Source: Bacillota bacterium (lineage in GTDB: Bacteria; Bacillota; Clostridia; Acetivibrionales; JAMNXU01). Taken from it: a stretch of DNA of 64,000 nt. Under the pieces are notes generated by a model. That model saw nothing but the letters and a program-made list of their open reading frames with translations, was not told the DNA's origin and made no database searches. The DNA is taken from NCBI GenBank assembly GCA_023623175.1, contig JAMNXU010000013.1, positions 3,933 through 67,932 of the forward strand. Reading direction: 5' to 3'. Shown piece by piece: positions 19,469 through 29,522 of this stretch. Numbering within the stretch: the first letter of the stretch is position 1; each line of letters starts with the position of its first letter. Position numbers and translations under genes: made by a program.

Positions 19469-20004
19469 TTGTTCCTAACCCCCGCCCTGTTTATTGCAAT
19501 ACCTGCCGCAGCGGCACCAAGTATGATCCATATGGGTGATATGTCCAGGAATGCCGAAATGCAAAACGCCAGTATCGCAAGGATAATCCCGTACCAGCCG
19601 CGCACTGATTTCTTTGCCATTTTTATAACGGAACTGACAATCAGTGCCACAACCGCCGCGGTTATTCCGCTAAAAGCGCTTCCCACAACGGGGATGTCCC
19701 TGAATTTCATGAAAAACGCGGCAATTGTCATGATGATCAAGAGCGACGGTGTGACCATGCCGGCGGTGGCCGCGACTGCGCCGGGGATTTTCTTTATCTT
19801 GTAACCTATAAACGTTGCCGTATTGATCGCTATGATTCCCGGCACGGACTGGCCCAGCGCGTAGTAATCCAGTATTTCTTCATCGGTTGTCCACTTCCTG
19901 GATACCATCTCCCTCTGGAGCAGGGGCAGCATGGCGTAGCCTCCCCCGAACGTGAATGCGCCGATTTTGAAAAAAGTCGAATATAATACCCACAAAACCT
20001 TCAT
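19465..20004 (-). CDS. chrA: Chromate transporter family protein (first half of a split ChrA pair)
   Basis: 179 aa. FKIGAFTFGGGYAMLPLLQRE motif. Confidence 0.85.
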   Translation of the reverse strand: MKVLWVLYSTFFKIGAFTFGGGYAMLPLLQREMVSRKWTTDEEILDYYALGQSVPGIIAINTATFIGYKIKKIPGAVAATAGMVTPSLLIIMTIAAFFMKFRDIPVVGSAFSGITAAVVALIVSSVIKMAKKSVRGWYGIILAILAFCISAFLDISPIWIILGAAAAGIAINRAGVRNK

Positions 20005-20169
20005 TCATACACTTCCTTCGAGTCGTTGTTCAAACACTTAAAAAAGTATAACAAACACACGGGACGCATTCAAGGCAGTTAATGGGTAGCTTACTGGTTG
20101 TACTTGTAAACTATAAACGAAATAAATCCCCCGGTTTAGGCATATTCGCTTAAAAACCGGGGGAGCAGG

Positions 20170-20275
20170 CATTATCAACAGGATTGCAGCATTGTCAACA
20201 CGAATTGCAGCATTGTCAACAGAAATTCTAACATAATCAGCAGTAATTGCAGTACATTATCAACGGTAATCGCAG
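20170..20275. repeat. Five degenerate ~21-nt tandem repeats abutting a gene's 3' end
   Basis: cattatcaacaggattgcag / cattgtcaacacgaattgcag / cattgtcaacagaaattctaa / cataatcagcagtaattgcag / tacattatcaacggtaatcgcag. These are followed by catcaatcaaaatcttcc, which contains the stop codon of 20285..22057. Confidence 0.75.
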
Positions 20276-20284
20276 GCTCGCGCA

Positions 20285-22057
20285 TCAATCAAAATCTTCC
20301 ATGTAGCCATCGAGCCCTTCGGTTGATTCCCCGTGGTATTCCAGTTCATACTTTGACAGAAGCTTCTTCGCCCTGTATTTTGACAGGTTAAACGACTGCC
20401 AGGGTTCAGACCTGTCCAGCCCCTCCTTTTTCCTGTAGAGACAATCCTCGGTGACCCTTGACACCTTCTCATCGCCATTTTCCATCAGTTTGACCAGTTC
20501 CGGCACTGCATCCCATGAAAGGCGCGACAGGTAATGCATGTCAATTTTGCCCGTATCGTAATACCTGTTTATATTATTCCTTGCAATTATCACATCGATG
20601 TTGATGTAGTTGATAATTACAAATGCCGCAATTGCCGTTATAATATACGGCCTGAGCAGGCGCACGCTTTCCCTCCAGATGCGGTACAGCGTTATTATGA
20701 ACAGCACGAGCAGGAAAACCATGAAAGCGTGGGTCAGCAGCCTCAGGTACGTGTAGCCGTACGCTTCCTCATACAGCGACATCCTGAAATGAGCTGAAAA
20801 CAGCATCACACCCGTATTGAAAACCAGCAGCGAAAACAGGACCCTTGCAGCCATGTTCACCGTCCCGGCGCCTTTTCCGGTGCCGTGCAGGAACACCAGC
20901 AGCAGGCTGAAATTTATCACCGTAACCGCTACAAGCTCGAAGAAGCCTCTGCGCGCATATTCCGAATAGGTGAATCCCTCAGGCAGGCCAATACTCAGGC
21001 TTCCGAACAAATATGAAAACTGGATGAACGTAAACAGCAGGTAAATAAGGTTGATAACGCAGAATACCGTCACAGTGATAACGGGATCCCATTTTTTCAT
21101 GTAACCGCCTTCCGGTTTGCCGTTACGTCCGTCGGCGCCGGGAGCGCCTTCTCCGGATACGCCGGGAACAGCAGTGTCCGGGCCGGCAGATACGCCTACA
21201 TCGCCAATCCAGTCAAATCCCACGATATTGTTTTTCTGGTACAGCATGCTCCACATGTAGCTGAATGCCAGCAATGCAATAACCAGGGCAACAAATATGT
21301 GGGAAATGTATCTGTCCAGCGCGATTTTTCTCAGAAGCTCCGGTATTTCTCCGAGAAAACTCTCAAATACAATGTCCGCCGAGGTCAGGAGGGGAATTGT
21401 AACCAGCAGGATGGGCACCGATACCAGGATACCTATCAGTACCTTGCCAAGGGTATTGTACCTGTCCCCTTTCATTTTGCTGCGAATCAATTTTGAAACG
21501 AGAGCAAAGGGTTTTCCGACAAAGGCAAGCGGCCTGTAGACAAACCCGATTATTAGGTCATACAGTACTCCCGGGGTATACCATTCGTATCTCGCGCTGT
21601 CGCTTACAAGCGTCGTCTGCAGCACTACGAGCACGGGTATGGCCAGGAAGTTCAGCACCCTGAATATCTCATTGGAAAAAAGCAGGTATGTCAGCGACAG
21701 CAGAAGCACCGGGACGCTCAGCGCCCAGCCGAAATCGGGCTTTACTTTAAGCCTGTCCCGGAGATTCAATTTGAATATTCCATAAAAAGCGACTACAAAA
21801 ATGGGATAGGAAACTCCAAGGGGCTTGCCGTTAAAAAGCACGTCAAACAGGATCCCCAGCACCAGCGCTGACAAAAGCAGGCAGACGTTTTTCCTGTTGC
21901 ATTGAATTTCGCCGGGCTTACCCTGCACGCCGTTTCCGCCGTGTTCATTACCTGTGTTCTGTACTTTGCCTGCGTCGTTACCTGAAACCCTGTCACCCAT
22001 CCTCCTGCTGTCCGAGCCCCCGTCAGCCAAATTCCTGTTATCAGTGTAATAGCTCAT
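20285..22057 (-). CDS. Large polytopic membrane protein (DUF4153/DUF4173-like)
   Basis: 590 aa with a G/N-rich cytoplasmic N-terminus, more than 10 predicted TM helices and a soluble C-terminal tail. 4-nt overlap with the upstream HTH gene. Confidence 0.55.
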   Translation of the reverse strand: MSYYTDNRNLADGGSDSRRMGDRVSGNDAGKVQNTGNEHGGNGVQGKPGEIQCNRKNVCLLLSALVLGILFDVLFNGKPLGVSYPIFVVAFYGIFKLNLRDRLKVKPDFGWALSVPVLLLSLTYLLFSNEIFRVLNFLAIPVLVVLQTTLVSDSARYEWYTPGVLYDLIIGFVYRPLAFVGKPFALVSKLIRSKMKGDRYNTLGKVLIGILVSVPILLVTIPLLTSADIVFESFLGEIPELLRKIALDRYISHIFVALVIALLAFSYMWSMLYQKNNIVGFDWIGDVGVSAGPDTAVPGVSGEGAPGADGRNGKPEGGYMKKWDPVITVTVFCVINLIYLLFTFIQFSYLFGSLSIGLPEGFTYSEYARRGFFELVAVTVINFSLLLVFLHGTGKGAGTVNMAARVLFSLLVFNTGVMLFSAHFRMSLYEEAYGYTYLRLLTHAFMVFLLVLFIITLYRIWRESVRLLRPYIITAIAAFVIINYINIDVIIARNNINRYYDTGKIDMHYLSRLSWDAVPELVKLMENGDEKVSRVTEDCLYRKKEGLDRSEPWQSFNLSKYRAKKLLSKYELEYHGESTEGLDGYMEDFD

Positions 22058-22275
22058 ACTTCTCCCTCCTCATCGGGCACATATTCGAGAATATCGCCGG
22101 GCTGGCAGTCCAGTGCCCTGCATATTGCGTCGAGCGTCGAAAACCTTATTGCCTTTGCCTTGCCCGTTTTCAAGATTGAAAGGTTTGCAAGCGTGATGCC
22201 TATCTGTGAAGCCAGCTCGGAAAGGGTTACTTTTCTTTTCGCCATTACCACATCAAGATTGACTATAATCGCCAT
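22054..22275 (-). CDS. Small XRE/Cro-type HTH transcriptional regulator (YozG-like)
   Basis: 73 aa, MAIIVNLDVVMAKRKVTLSELASQIGITLANLSILKTGKAKAIRFSTLDAICRALDCQPGDILEY. This is the characteristic short HTH found next to DUF2975 genes. Confidence 0.85.
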   Translation of the reverse strand: MAIIVNLDVVMAKRKVTLSELASQIGITLANLSILKTGKAKAIRFSTLDAICRALDCQPGDILEYVPDEEGEV

Positions 22276-22286
22276 ATAACCCTCCC

Positions 22287-22748
22287 CTATATCGTAAGAT
22301 CATTTTCTTCCTTGACGGTGACCGCCTGGTAGAAAACTTCCGCCAGTATTATCGAAAAGAAGCCCGCTATGGTGAAAACCATCGCCAGTATGATTGTAAG
22401 AAAGGAATTGAATGTAAATATTTTCACCACGTATGCCGCCGCGATTAAAAAAGAAGCGACCGCTATGCGTTTGAGGCTTTTCACATTGTCCATCATGAAC
22501 GGGTTTTTCCTGTTCAGCGTTTTAAAAATTCTGCGCATTTCGTACACGATGACGAGCGCAAGGATGCCCGTCACGTAGAAAAATCCCAACAAGAACGGGT
22601 ATTTTTCACTGGTGCCGAAAATAAGCCTCTCCAGGTACCATTTCACGGACCAGGGCAATGAAATGATTATCGCTATACCGCCCAGGAAAATCAGGTCCAG
22701 GAACCTTTTCACGATGCCTGAAAGGCCTTTTTCATCCAGTCTTTGCAT
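22287..22748 (-). CDS. DUF2975-like four-TM membrane protein
   Basis: About 153 aa. TM pattern and position upstream of the YozG-like HTH fit the family. Start set at MQRLDEK (GAGGTGG RBS). Confidence 0.6.
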   Translation of the reverse strand: MQRLDEKGLSGIVKRFLDLIFLGGIAIIISLPWSVKWYLERLIFGTSEKYPFLLGFFYVTGILALVIVYEMRRIFKTLNRKNPFMMDNVKSLKRIAVASFLIAAAYVVKIFTFNSFLTIILAMVFTIAGFFSIILAEVFYQAVTVKEENDLTI

Positions 22749-23111
22749 CTGGCAACCACCTCGCAATTAATTCTGGCTTTATTTTATACCAGCTTTTATT
22801 ATTTATCAATATATTTTTATTGTTTATCAATAAATGTTTTTCGTTTTTCGATTATGCCGCGTATCAATGGGATTGTAATTGTTTTTTAATGTTTTTGTAA
22901 ACCATTTATTGAAACAGTCACTTGGAAACAGCGCCAGAACCGGCTACTGGAAATAAAAAATGACAGTTATTTTTTTCTTGTATCGATATTCCTCATATTT
23001 TATGTTATTTTATAATAAATTGGATTAAACAGACTTCATTATCAATAAAATGCATGATTCGCAATGATTTCTTGCAGTTTAGTCACCACATTGACACCGG
23101 GAGGTTTTATT

Positions 23112-24275
23112 ATGAGTAAAGTTTTACTGGGAGCATGCGGAGACATTTCCTTCAACGGGCCTCTCAGCGGCCTGGTCAAAGAAAAGGGTCCGGACTTTGC
23201 CTTTGAAAATGTCATTGAATACCTTAAAAAGCCGGATATACTCGTAGGAAACATGGAATCGGTAATAGTCCCGCCCGATGTCACGCCGTATAAAAGAGGT
23301 CTCCATTGCCCTGAATACGTGGCTGAATGCCTCGTACGGGCCGGATTTGACATTCTCGACCTGGCAAACAACCACATCCTGGACTGCGGCTGGAAGGGGC
23401 TGCTCTACACGCAGGATGTATTCAGGAACCTGGGCATAAAGACCATGGGAGTCGGCAAAGACCGCGAAGAAGCCCACAGCATGCAGGTAATCGAAGCCAG
23501 GGGCACAAAATTCGGATTTTTGGCATACACTGACCCCTTCAACTGGACGCTCGAGGGCGGAGGCGGAAGAGTCGCATACTTCAACCTGTCCGAGGCAATT
23601 GAAAATGTGAAAAAGAACAAGCCTCTCGTAGATGTCCTGGTTGTGAGCCTGCACGCAGAAATGGAGTTCAACCCTTCGCCGTCCATGCTGAAGGTGGATT
23701 TCTGCAGGAAGCTCGCCGAAAGCGGAGCTGACATCATTCTCTGCCACCATCCCCATGTCCCCCAGGGAATCGAGTTATACGGCAACAGCCTTATTGCGTA
23801 CAGCCTCGGAAACTTTGCCTTTGATATAGACGACTACATGATGACGGCTTACCCCCATACCACGCGCAGCCACATGCTGTTTATTGAAATTGAGGACGGG
23901 AAGGTGACAAACTGGTACAGGGAATACTTGCGCATCAATGAAAAGGAAGGACGGCCGTACAGGCTGGATGAAGAAAAGCGCAGCGAGGAAGAGCAGTATT
24001 ACAGTTACCTCGACAGCATTGTAAAAGACGATAACAAGCTTCGCGAAATGTGGTATGAACACTGCAGGCGGTACCTGAAAATGTACCTCGAGGAAGCCCT
24101 GGAACTGGGCGTGGATGAATTCATAAGGCATTTCGGCTTCAGGGTGTTCTACCTGCTGGAAAACCAGCACTGGGTATTTGGCATTAAGGAGCTCGTAGAC
24201 CGCGAATGGGAAAAGAACAGGTACAATGACTTTGCCGACGTTCGTCCCAACAGTCCCTTTGACGTAAAAGCCTGA
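23112..24275 (+). CDS. capA: CapA family (PGA_cap metallophosphatase-like) protein
   Basis: Motifs GDISFNG, ANNHILDCG and LHAEMEF...CHHPHVPQGIE are typical of CapA/YwtB-type proteins. No signal peptide or TM segment is visible. Start set at MSKVLL (GGGAGG RBS). Confidence 0.8.
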   Translation: MSKVLLGACGDISFNGPLSGLVKEKGPDFAFENVIEYLKKPDILVGNMESVIVPPDVTPYKRGLHCPEYVAECLVRAGFDILDLANNHILDCGWKGLLYTQDVFRNLGIKTMGVGKDREEAHSMQVIEARGTKFGFLAYTDPFNWTLEGGGGRVAYFNLSEAIENVKKNKPLVDVLVVSLHAEMEFNPSPSMLKVDFCRKLAESGADIILCHHPHVPQGIELYGNSLIAYSLGNFAFDIDDYMMTAYPHTTRSHMLFIEIEDGKVTNWYREYLRINEKEGRPYRLDEEKRSEEEQYYSYLDSIVKDDNKLREMWYEHCRRYLKMYLEEALELGVDEFIRHFGFRVFYLLENQHWVFGIKELVDREWEKNRYNDFADVRPNSPFDVKA

Positions 24276-24372
24276 TGGAATATAATCAGAATCACGCCGG
24301 CGAAAAAAGGCTTACGAAAAATAACCAGGCTGACGGAAAATAAGAAAATAATTGAAGCGGTGAAACAGAAAA

Positions 24373-24421
24373 GCGGGTGGGTACCCAATATTAATTTTCG
24401 TCCGGTGCCCGCCCGCGTTTT
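24373..24421 (+). terminator. Terminator-like hairpin downstream of capA
   Basis: GCGGGTGGGTACC pairs with GGTGCCCGCCCGC (13 bp including 2 G-U pairs), 18-nt loop, followed by GTTTT. Confidence 0.45.
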
Positions 24422-24467
24422 GTACCTGTTATTTTAACTATACTTCCGTTTAAATTATACTGCGGTT

Positions 24468-25907
24468 TTAAGAATAAATATCCGAGAACTCAATATCAAT
24501 TTTATCAAAACTGTACTGTATGCCGCCGCTTTTGCCTGATTCGCCCTGGTTTTCCGTCTCCGGCAGGAGCCTGATCGGAATTACAAAAATGAATTCGCTT
24601 CCTTCCCCCTCCTTACTCCTGAGGGTGATTCGGCCACCATGTTTCTCCACCAGGGCTTTCACAAGGAACAAACCTATTCCGCTTCCCTCATTTGTTCTGG
24701 CAAGGGACTTGTCTACCTTCTGGAATCGATCAAATATGCACTTTTGCATTTCCTGCGGAATTCCAATTCCGTTGTCCCTTACAGATACCCGCAGGTAACC
24801 TCCCTGTTCTTTAACATCTACCCAGATGCTGCCCCCGCCTGGCGTAAATTTAATCGCGTTGGAAAGCAGGTTGAGAATAATGCGCTCTATCTGCTCAGGA
24901 TCACAGGCAATAATCTTTTTTTCAAATTCAGAACTGTAATTAATGGTAATGCCCTTGTTCGCCGCATATGCAGCAACGGCCGAAACAATTTCGCCTATGA
25001 GATATATTATGTCACAATTTTTCAGGTCGAGCCTGTACGAACCGATATCAATTTTAAACATGTCTATAATATTGTTCGTTAGCTTCAGCAGCCTGTAACA
25101 GTTCTGCTCCATGACCTCCAGGTATTTTCCGCTTTTTTGCTCCGCGTTGGCACTGGTTTTCTGGATTTTCATAAGCTGAATAGCCGACAAAATCACATTT
25201 AAGGGAGTCCTGAGCTCGTGGGAAAGGTTGGTGAAAAACTCGTCCATTACTTTTTCACTTGTAATAAAACTGCAGAGATTTCCTTCCTCTTCTTCCCCAT
25301 GCCTGTTTTTTGCGGTCAGATCGATATTTTTAACAAGTTTCAGGGATTTTCCGTGCTTTGTCAAAATATACGCATGGCTTTTAATTATTCTCGCAACCTC
25401 GAATGCATCAAGCTTGTTAAAATCATAAAGGCATAATTTTAACATGGGCCTGCTGGGAACAATTCCGTTCAAAATTCGCTCATATTTATGAAAGTTCGCA
25501 GAACAGCACATTTTGATCCATGAAGTGTCCACAACTGCCCTGATGCCTTCAAAGCCGTTATCAGCAGCATGGCAGATCAAATCATTCCATTTTTTACTTA
25601 TGTAAATGTCATCAAAAAAATAGCCATCTATGAGCCATTCATTACAGGGAAGAAACAACAGGCGGCCTTTTGTCCTGTTCTCTTCGATATCTATACCGGC
25701 CGCTGCCAGCATTTTAGTTATTTTATTGACATTAATGCCGCAACCGTACACACATATGCATAGCTCGTTATTTTCCAGCCCTGCACTGATATAAGGGCTT
25801 AATATGTTCATTAAATCCTTCGTTGAGTCATAAAAACATCCCATGTGAACGCCCCATGGGACAGCCCCCACAACATCTATACCTGTATTTCTCAGTTTTT
25901 TTTTCAT
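24468..25907 (-). CDS. Cytoplasmic sensor histidine kinase with N-terminal MEDS-type domain
   Basis: The N-terminal ~190 aa (HMGCFYDSTKDLMNILSPYISAGLENNELCI...) resembles the MEDS sensory domain. This is followed by HisKA (FFTNLSHELRTPLN) and HATPase_c (DNGIGIP...GSGIGL). No TM helices. No response regulator gene is adjacent. Confidence 0.8.
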   Translation of the reverse strand: MKKKLRNTGIDVVGAVPWGVHMGCFYDSTKDLMNILSPYISAGLENNELCICVYGCGINVNKITKMLAAAGIDIEENRTKGRLLFLPCNEWLIDGYFFDDIYISKKWNDLICHAADNGFEGIRAVVDTSWIKMCCSANFHKYERILNGIVPSRPMLKLCLYDFNKLDAFEVARIIKSHAYILTKHGKSLKLVKNIDLTAKNRHGEEEEGNLCSFITSEKVMDEFFTNLSHELRTPLNVILSAIQLMKIQKTSANAEQKSGKYLEVMEQNCYRLLKLTNNIIDMFKIDIGSYRLDLKNCDIIYLIGEIVSAVAAYAANKGITINYSSEFEKKIIACDPEQIERIILNLLSNAIKFTPGGGSIWVDVKEQGGYLRVSVRDNGIGIPQEMQKCIFDRFQKVDKSLARTNEGSGIGLFLVKALVEKHGGRITLRSKEGEGSEFIFVIPIRLLPETENQGESGKSGGIQYSFDKIDIEFSDIYS

Positions 25908-26306
25908 TGGTCCCCCCAACCTTCTTATCATAGGATATTGAAAAATTACAATGCCCCCCTAAAATCACAAATATTTTAGCATAATGAAACTATAAATACA
26001 TATTTTTAATTTTTTTTAATAAAAAAATAACATAAGTTTTCTTAATTTTTTTAACGCTTATGAATTCCGATACTAACAGGGTACAAGCTTTCATTATTTC
26101 GGTATTATTCCTGTATAAATATCTGGACATTTCAAACGCGCAGTATATAACCGCGTCCTCATCGCTGTATAATATTGAATAAAACTTTACATGGCTGTAT
26201 ACTTATTGTAATACCTGCTTTGCCGGATGCGTTTGCGCATTCGCACGGTTGTTTTTCAGATGCATAACTCCGGCCAAATCTAAATTGTTGAAACGGAGCA
26301 ATCATT

Positions 26307-27104
26307 ATGACAAAAATGGCTAAAAAAGTCGCTCGAAAATATATAATTGATCTTGACGGAACCATATATCGCGGAAATGTGCCCATCCGATATGCAAAGG
26401 AATTTATAGAATATCTCTACAGCAACGGCAGGGATTTTTTGCTCGCAACCAACTGTCCCGAAAACACTCCTCCGCTTTTGGCCGAAAAGCTTGGAAAAAT
26501 GGGTATTGAAGTCAGGGAGGAAAACATTATCACCTCCGGCCAGGTGACAATAAATTATTTGCTTAGAAAGGCAGCCAATCCCGAGGTCTATCTTATCGGG
26601 AGCGAGCCTTTGAGGAATTTGTTTACAGCAAGCGGCATAAAATTAAACAGTACCGCTCCGCGCTACGTAGTGACGGGTTTTGACAGAAGTTTCGACTATG
26701 AGAAAATGAAGCTGGCTTCGCAGCTGGTTATGGCAGGAGCTGAATTCATAAGCACAAACCTGGATGCCACAATTCCCGACGGGGACAGGCTAATTCCCCA
26801 TACGGGCGCGCTGGCCGCTTCGATTGAAACCGCAACAGGTGTAAAGCCGCTCAACATGGGCAAGCCAGGATCCTACATGATGGAGGAAGCGCTTCTCAGG
26901 CTTGGTTGCAAAAAGGATGAGTGCTGCGTCATAGGCGACCGCCTTGATACCGACATCCTGTTCGGCAAGGCAAACGGCGTGGAGGCTTTTCTTGTCCTCA
27001 CCGGGGTCACCGGCAGAGAGCACCTTGCTGGATCCGGAATTCAGCCCGACAGGGTTTTTGAAAATCTGTATGAACTGATGAAATTTGATAAAAGCAGTGT
27101 TTGA
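26307..27104 (+). CDS. HAD-IIA family hydrolase (NagD-like sugar phosphatase)
   Basis: DLDGTIY nucleophile motif, TN motif, and C-terminal GDRLDTDILFG. Confidence 0.85.
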   Translation: MTKMAKKVARKYIIDLDGTIYRGNVPIRYAKEFIEYLYSNGRDFLLATNCPENTPPLLAEKLGKMGIEVREENIITSGQVTINYLLRKAANPEVYLIGSEPLRNLFTASGIKLNSTAPRYVVTGFDRSFDYEKMKLASQLVMAGAEFISTNLDATIPDGDRLIPHTGALAASIETATGVKPLNMGKPGSYMMEEALLRLGCKKDECCVIGDRLDTDILFGKANGVEAFLVLTGVTGREHLAGSGIQPDRVFENLYELMKFDKSSV

Positions 27105-27231
27105 AACAGGCAGCATGGTATTTGCAATAAAATGCCCATTTACAGAAGCAGAATGGAATTTAAAATGCGCTGATCAAAATAGCAGGGGGATTTAACCCTA
27201 CGGGACAGGTTTTTATGAAGGAGTAGGTAGT

Positions 27232-27894
27232 ATGGATATAGCAAGAATATTTTTACGTTTGACGCTGGCCGTGATTTTCGGCGGCATTGTGGGAATAGAA
27301 CGCGAAAACAAGCAACGGCCTGCAGGTTTCCGAACCCATATCCTTGTGTGTGTCGGCTCTGCACTCGTAATGCTGACATCGGAACATATATTCAACCTGT
27401 ACAGTGACAAGGTAAACCTTGACCCCGCCCGCCTCGGAGCCCAGGTAATCAGCGGAATCGGTTTTTTGGGCGCCGGCACCATAATACGTGAAGGCATGAG
27501 CGTCAGGGGTCTTACAACCGCCGCCAGCCTGTGGGCGGTAGCCTGCATAGGACTTGCCACGGGTATGGGTTTTTATGTGGGAGCTGCCTACGGTACGGCC
27601 ATCATTTATCTTACGCTGTTTTTATTGAGAAAGCTTGAGAACGTATTGAGGAAAAAAGTCATCCTTACACTAAAAGTAACAATCAAAACTGAAAGCAATA
27701 CATCGCTGCTCGGCGAAATCTGGTCCGTACTGGGCAGGTACGGCGTTCATATCCGCTCCATGGAATTTCTTGCGGAAGACGAAGAGTACACCCGGATAAA
27801 ATACAGGCTTGAACTTCCAGGCGGCCTGAGCGGTGACGTCATAACCAAAAAAATCAATGAAATACCCGGACTTAGCGCCGTTACCGAAAAGTGA
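27232..27894 (+). CDS. mgtC: MgtC/SapB family membrane protein
   Basis: GGIVGIERE...RPAGFRTHILVCVGSAL signature, plus a C-terminal ACT-like soluble domain. Confidence 0.85.
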   Translation: MDIARIFLRLTLAVIFGGIVGIERENKQRPAGFRTHILVCVGSALVMLTSEHIFNLYSDKVNLDPARLGAQVISGIGFLGAGTIIREGMSVRGLTTAASLWAVACIGLATGMGFYVGAAYGTAIIYLTLFLLRKLENVLRKKVILTLKVTIKTESNTSLLGEIWSVLGRYGVHIRSMEFLAEDEEYTRIKYRLELPGGLSGDVITKKINEIPGLSAVTEK

Positions 27895-27898
27895 AACC

Positions 27899-27933
27899 GG
27901 GACACGGGGACACGGGGACGGTTCTCTTGTCCC
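27899..27933. repeat. GGGACA..TGTCCC repeat unit with an internal 8-nt duplication
   Basis: gggacacggggacacggggacggttctcttgtccc, beginning 5 nt after the mgtC stop. Confidence 0.85.
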
Positions 27934-28056
27934 AGGTACAAAAAACAATTCTCCAGTTTCAGAAAAAGGTAAGCATGGGGCACTCCCCGATCCCGGTTTT
28001 CTGAGCGAAAAATAACAGTTACCCGGGCAAAAATTAAGATATAACGGAGGTCACAA

Positions 28057-28845
28057 ATGATAATAGACATACATGCTCACTGTTTCCCCGACGAACTGGC
28101 CCCAAAGGCCATTTCTTTATTGTCGGAAAGAGCGGGCATCCCCGCATTTCTTGACGGAACAGTCAGACAACTGAAGCAATCAATGGCCGCAGCAGGAATT
28201 GACATAAGCGTTCTTCAGCCTATCGCTACTAAGCCCTCGCAAACACCGGGCGTGAATCGTTGGGCAGTTAGCATGCAGGACAATAATATACTGTCCTTCG
28301 GCACCATACACCCTGAATATTCCGATTGGAAAGACGAATTGAAATGGCTTAGGGAAAACGGTGTGAAAGGCATAAAATTTCATCCCGACTACCAGGATTT
28401 TTTCGTGGACAGGCCGGAAATGTACCCGATCTATGAAGCAATATTCAACGCAGGCATGATGATATTGTTCCACGCCGGCGTGGACCTCGGCTATTCAGAG
28501 CCATACCGCTGTACGCCGGACAGGCTCAGGAAGGTTCTTGACGATTTCCCCGGGGGAACCGTTATTGCGGCCCATATGGGGGGTTATAAATTCTGGGACG
28601 AGGTTGAAAGGTATTTATTGGGCTCGGATATATATTTCGATACCGCCTACTGCCTGGGCGAAATGGACGATGAAACGCTCATCCGTCTCATAAGATGCCA
28701 CGGTGCTGACAGGGTGCTCTTTGCCAGCGACTCTCCGTGGATGGACCAGTCGGACAACGTTGCCAAATGCAAAGCCCTTGGCCTGAGCGAAACGGAACTC
28801 GACGCGGTGCTCGGCGGCAATGCGCGGCGTCTTTTGGGAATTTAA
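28057..28845 (+). CDS. Amidohydrolase-2 family metal-dependent TIM-barrel hydrolase
   Basis: MIIDIHAHCFP N-terminal metal-binding motif. 262 aa. FASDSPW near the C-terminus. Confidence 0.75.
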   Translation: MIIDIHAHCFPDELAPKAISLLSERAGIPAFLDGTVRQLKQSMAAAGIDISVLQPIATKPSQTPGVNRWAVSMQDNNILSFGTIHPEYSDWKDELKWLRENGVKGIKFHPDYQDFFVDRPEMYPIYEAIFNAGMMILFHAGVDLGYSEPYRCTPDRLRKVLDDFPGGTVIAAHMGGYKFWDEVERYLLGSDIYFDTAYCLGEMDDETLIRLIRCHGADRVLFASDSPWMDQSDNVAKCKALGLSETELDAVLGGNARRLLGI

Positions 28846-28854
28846 CCGAAATTA

Positions 28855-28884
28855 ACCAGGGGCAGGGTTTAACCCGCCCCTGGT
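28855..28884. terminator. GC-rich hairpin between convergent genes
   Basis: ACCAGGGGC, 12-nt loop, GCCCCTGGT. There is no clean T-tract. The region is itself a stutter: ggaatTTAAcc / gaaaTTAAcc / agggtTTAAccc. Confidence 0.4.
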
Positions 28885-28949
28885 CATATATCACCGTTAA
28901 TGTGCAAACTAGTAGTTATATATTATTATATATCATTTCAGTAGTTATA

Positions 28950-29465
28950 TCATTTCGCATGAATACGTTCACCCAGGGCTTTCCACAGGGTAAAAATCAT
29001 GACTGTCTGGACGGGCAGCATGATTGCCGAAACTATTAACCGTATGCCAATCAGGGCCTTCCAGGATGTTTTTAACATGATTGTCAGCCACACCGTATTG
29101 AGCCCGACGTCCACAAATAACCTGATTAATAAAACTGTAAAAAGAACTCTGAAAAATGTAATTTGCTTTTTATGAAGTAACAGCCCGTAAATTACTCCGC
29201 ACAAAAATGCACTTACCGTAAAACCCGGAAAATAAGGCCCCGTTGACGACGGGAAAAGCATTATACCGATTGTATCCGACAGTGCGGCCGTTACCCCGGC
29301 AAGAACAGGCCCAAACATTATACCGGAAAAAGCAATGGGTATAAAACCAAATGAAATTCTTACCATTGATGTAGCGATCCATGTAGTAATCCCCAGCATC
29401 CGGGTTAATACCACATCCATGGAAATAAACAAAGCCATAAAAACAAGAGTCCTTACTCTCTTCAT
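28950..29465 (-). CDS. folT: ECF transporter S component, folate family
   Basis: The true start is MKRVRTLVFMALFISMDVVLTRML (GGGGG RBS). About 171 aa with 6 TM helices. The longer ORF-track N-terminus (to 29630) reads through the THF riboswitch. Confidence 0.75.
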   Translation of the reverse strand: MKRVRTLVFMALFISMDVVLTRMLGITTWIATSMVRISFGFIPIAFSGIMFGPVLAGVTAALSDTIGIMLFPSSTGPYFPGFTVSAFLCGVIYGLLLHKKQITFFRVLFTVLLIRLFVDVGLNTVWLTIMLKTSWKALIGIRLIVSAIMLPVQTVMIFTLWKALGERIHAK

Positions 29466-29522
29466 GTTAAACCCCCTAAAAAATTCCAAGCAAGCCACAT
29501 AAAGAGAATAAGTCTCTTTATT

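Noticed and set aside
27105-27231. Possible Mg2+ (M-box) riboswitch upstream of mgtC
   Set aside because: The spacer is only ~127 nt and lacks the long multi-helix M-box consensus. Only a normal RBS region is visible.
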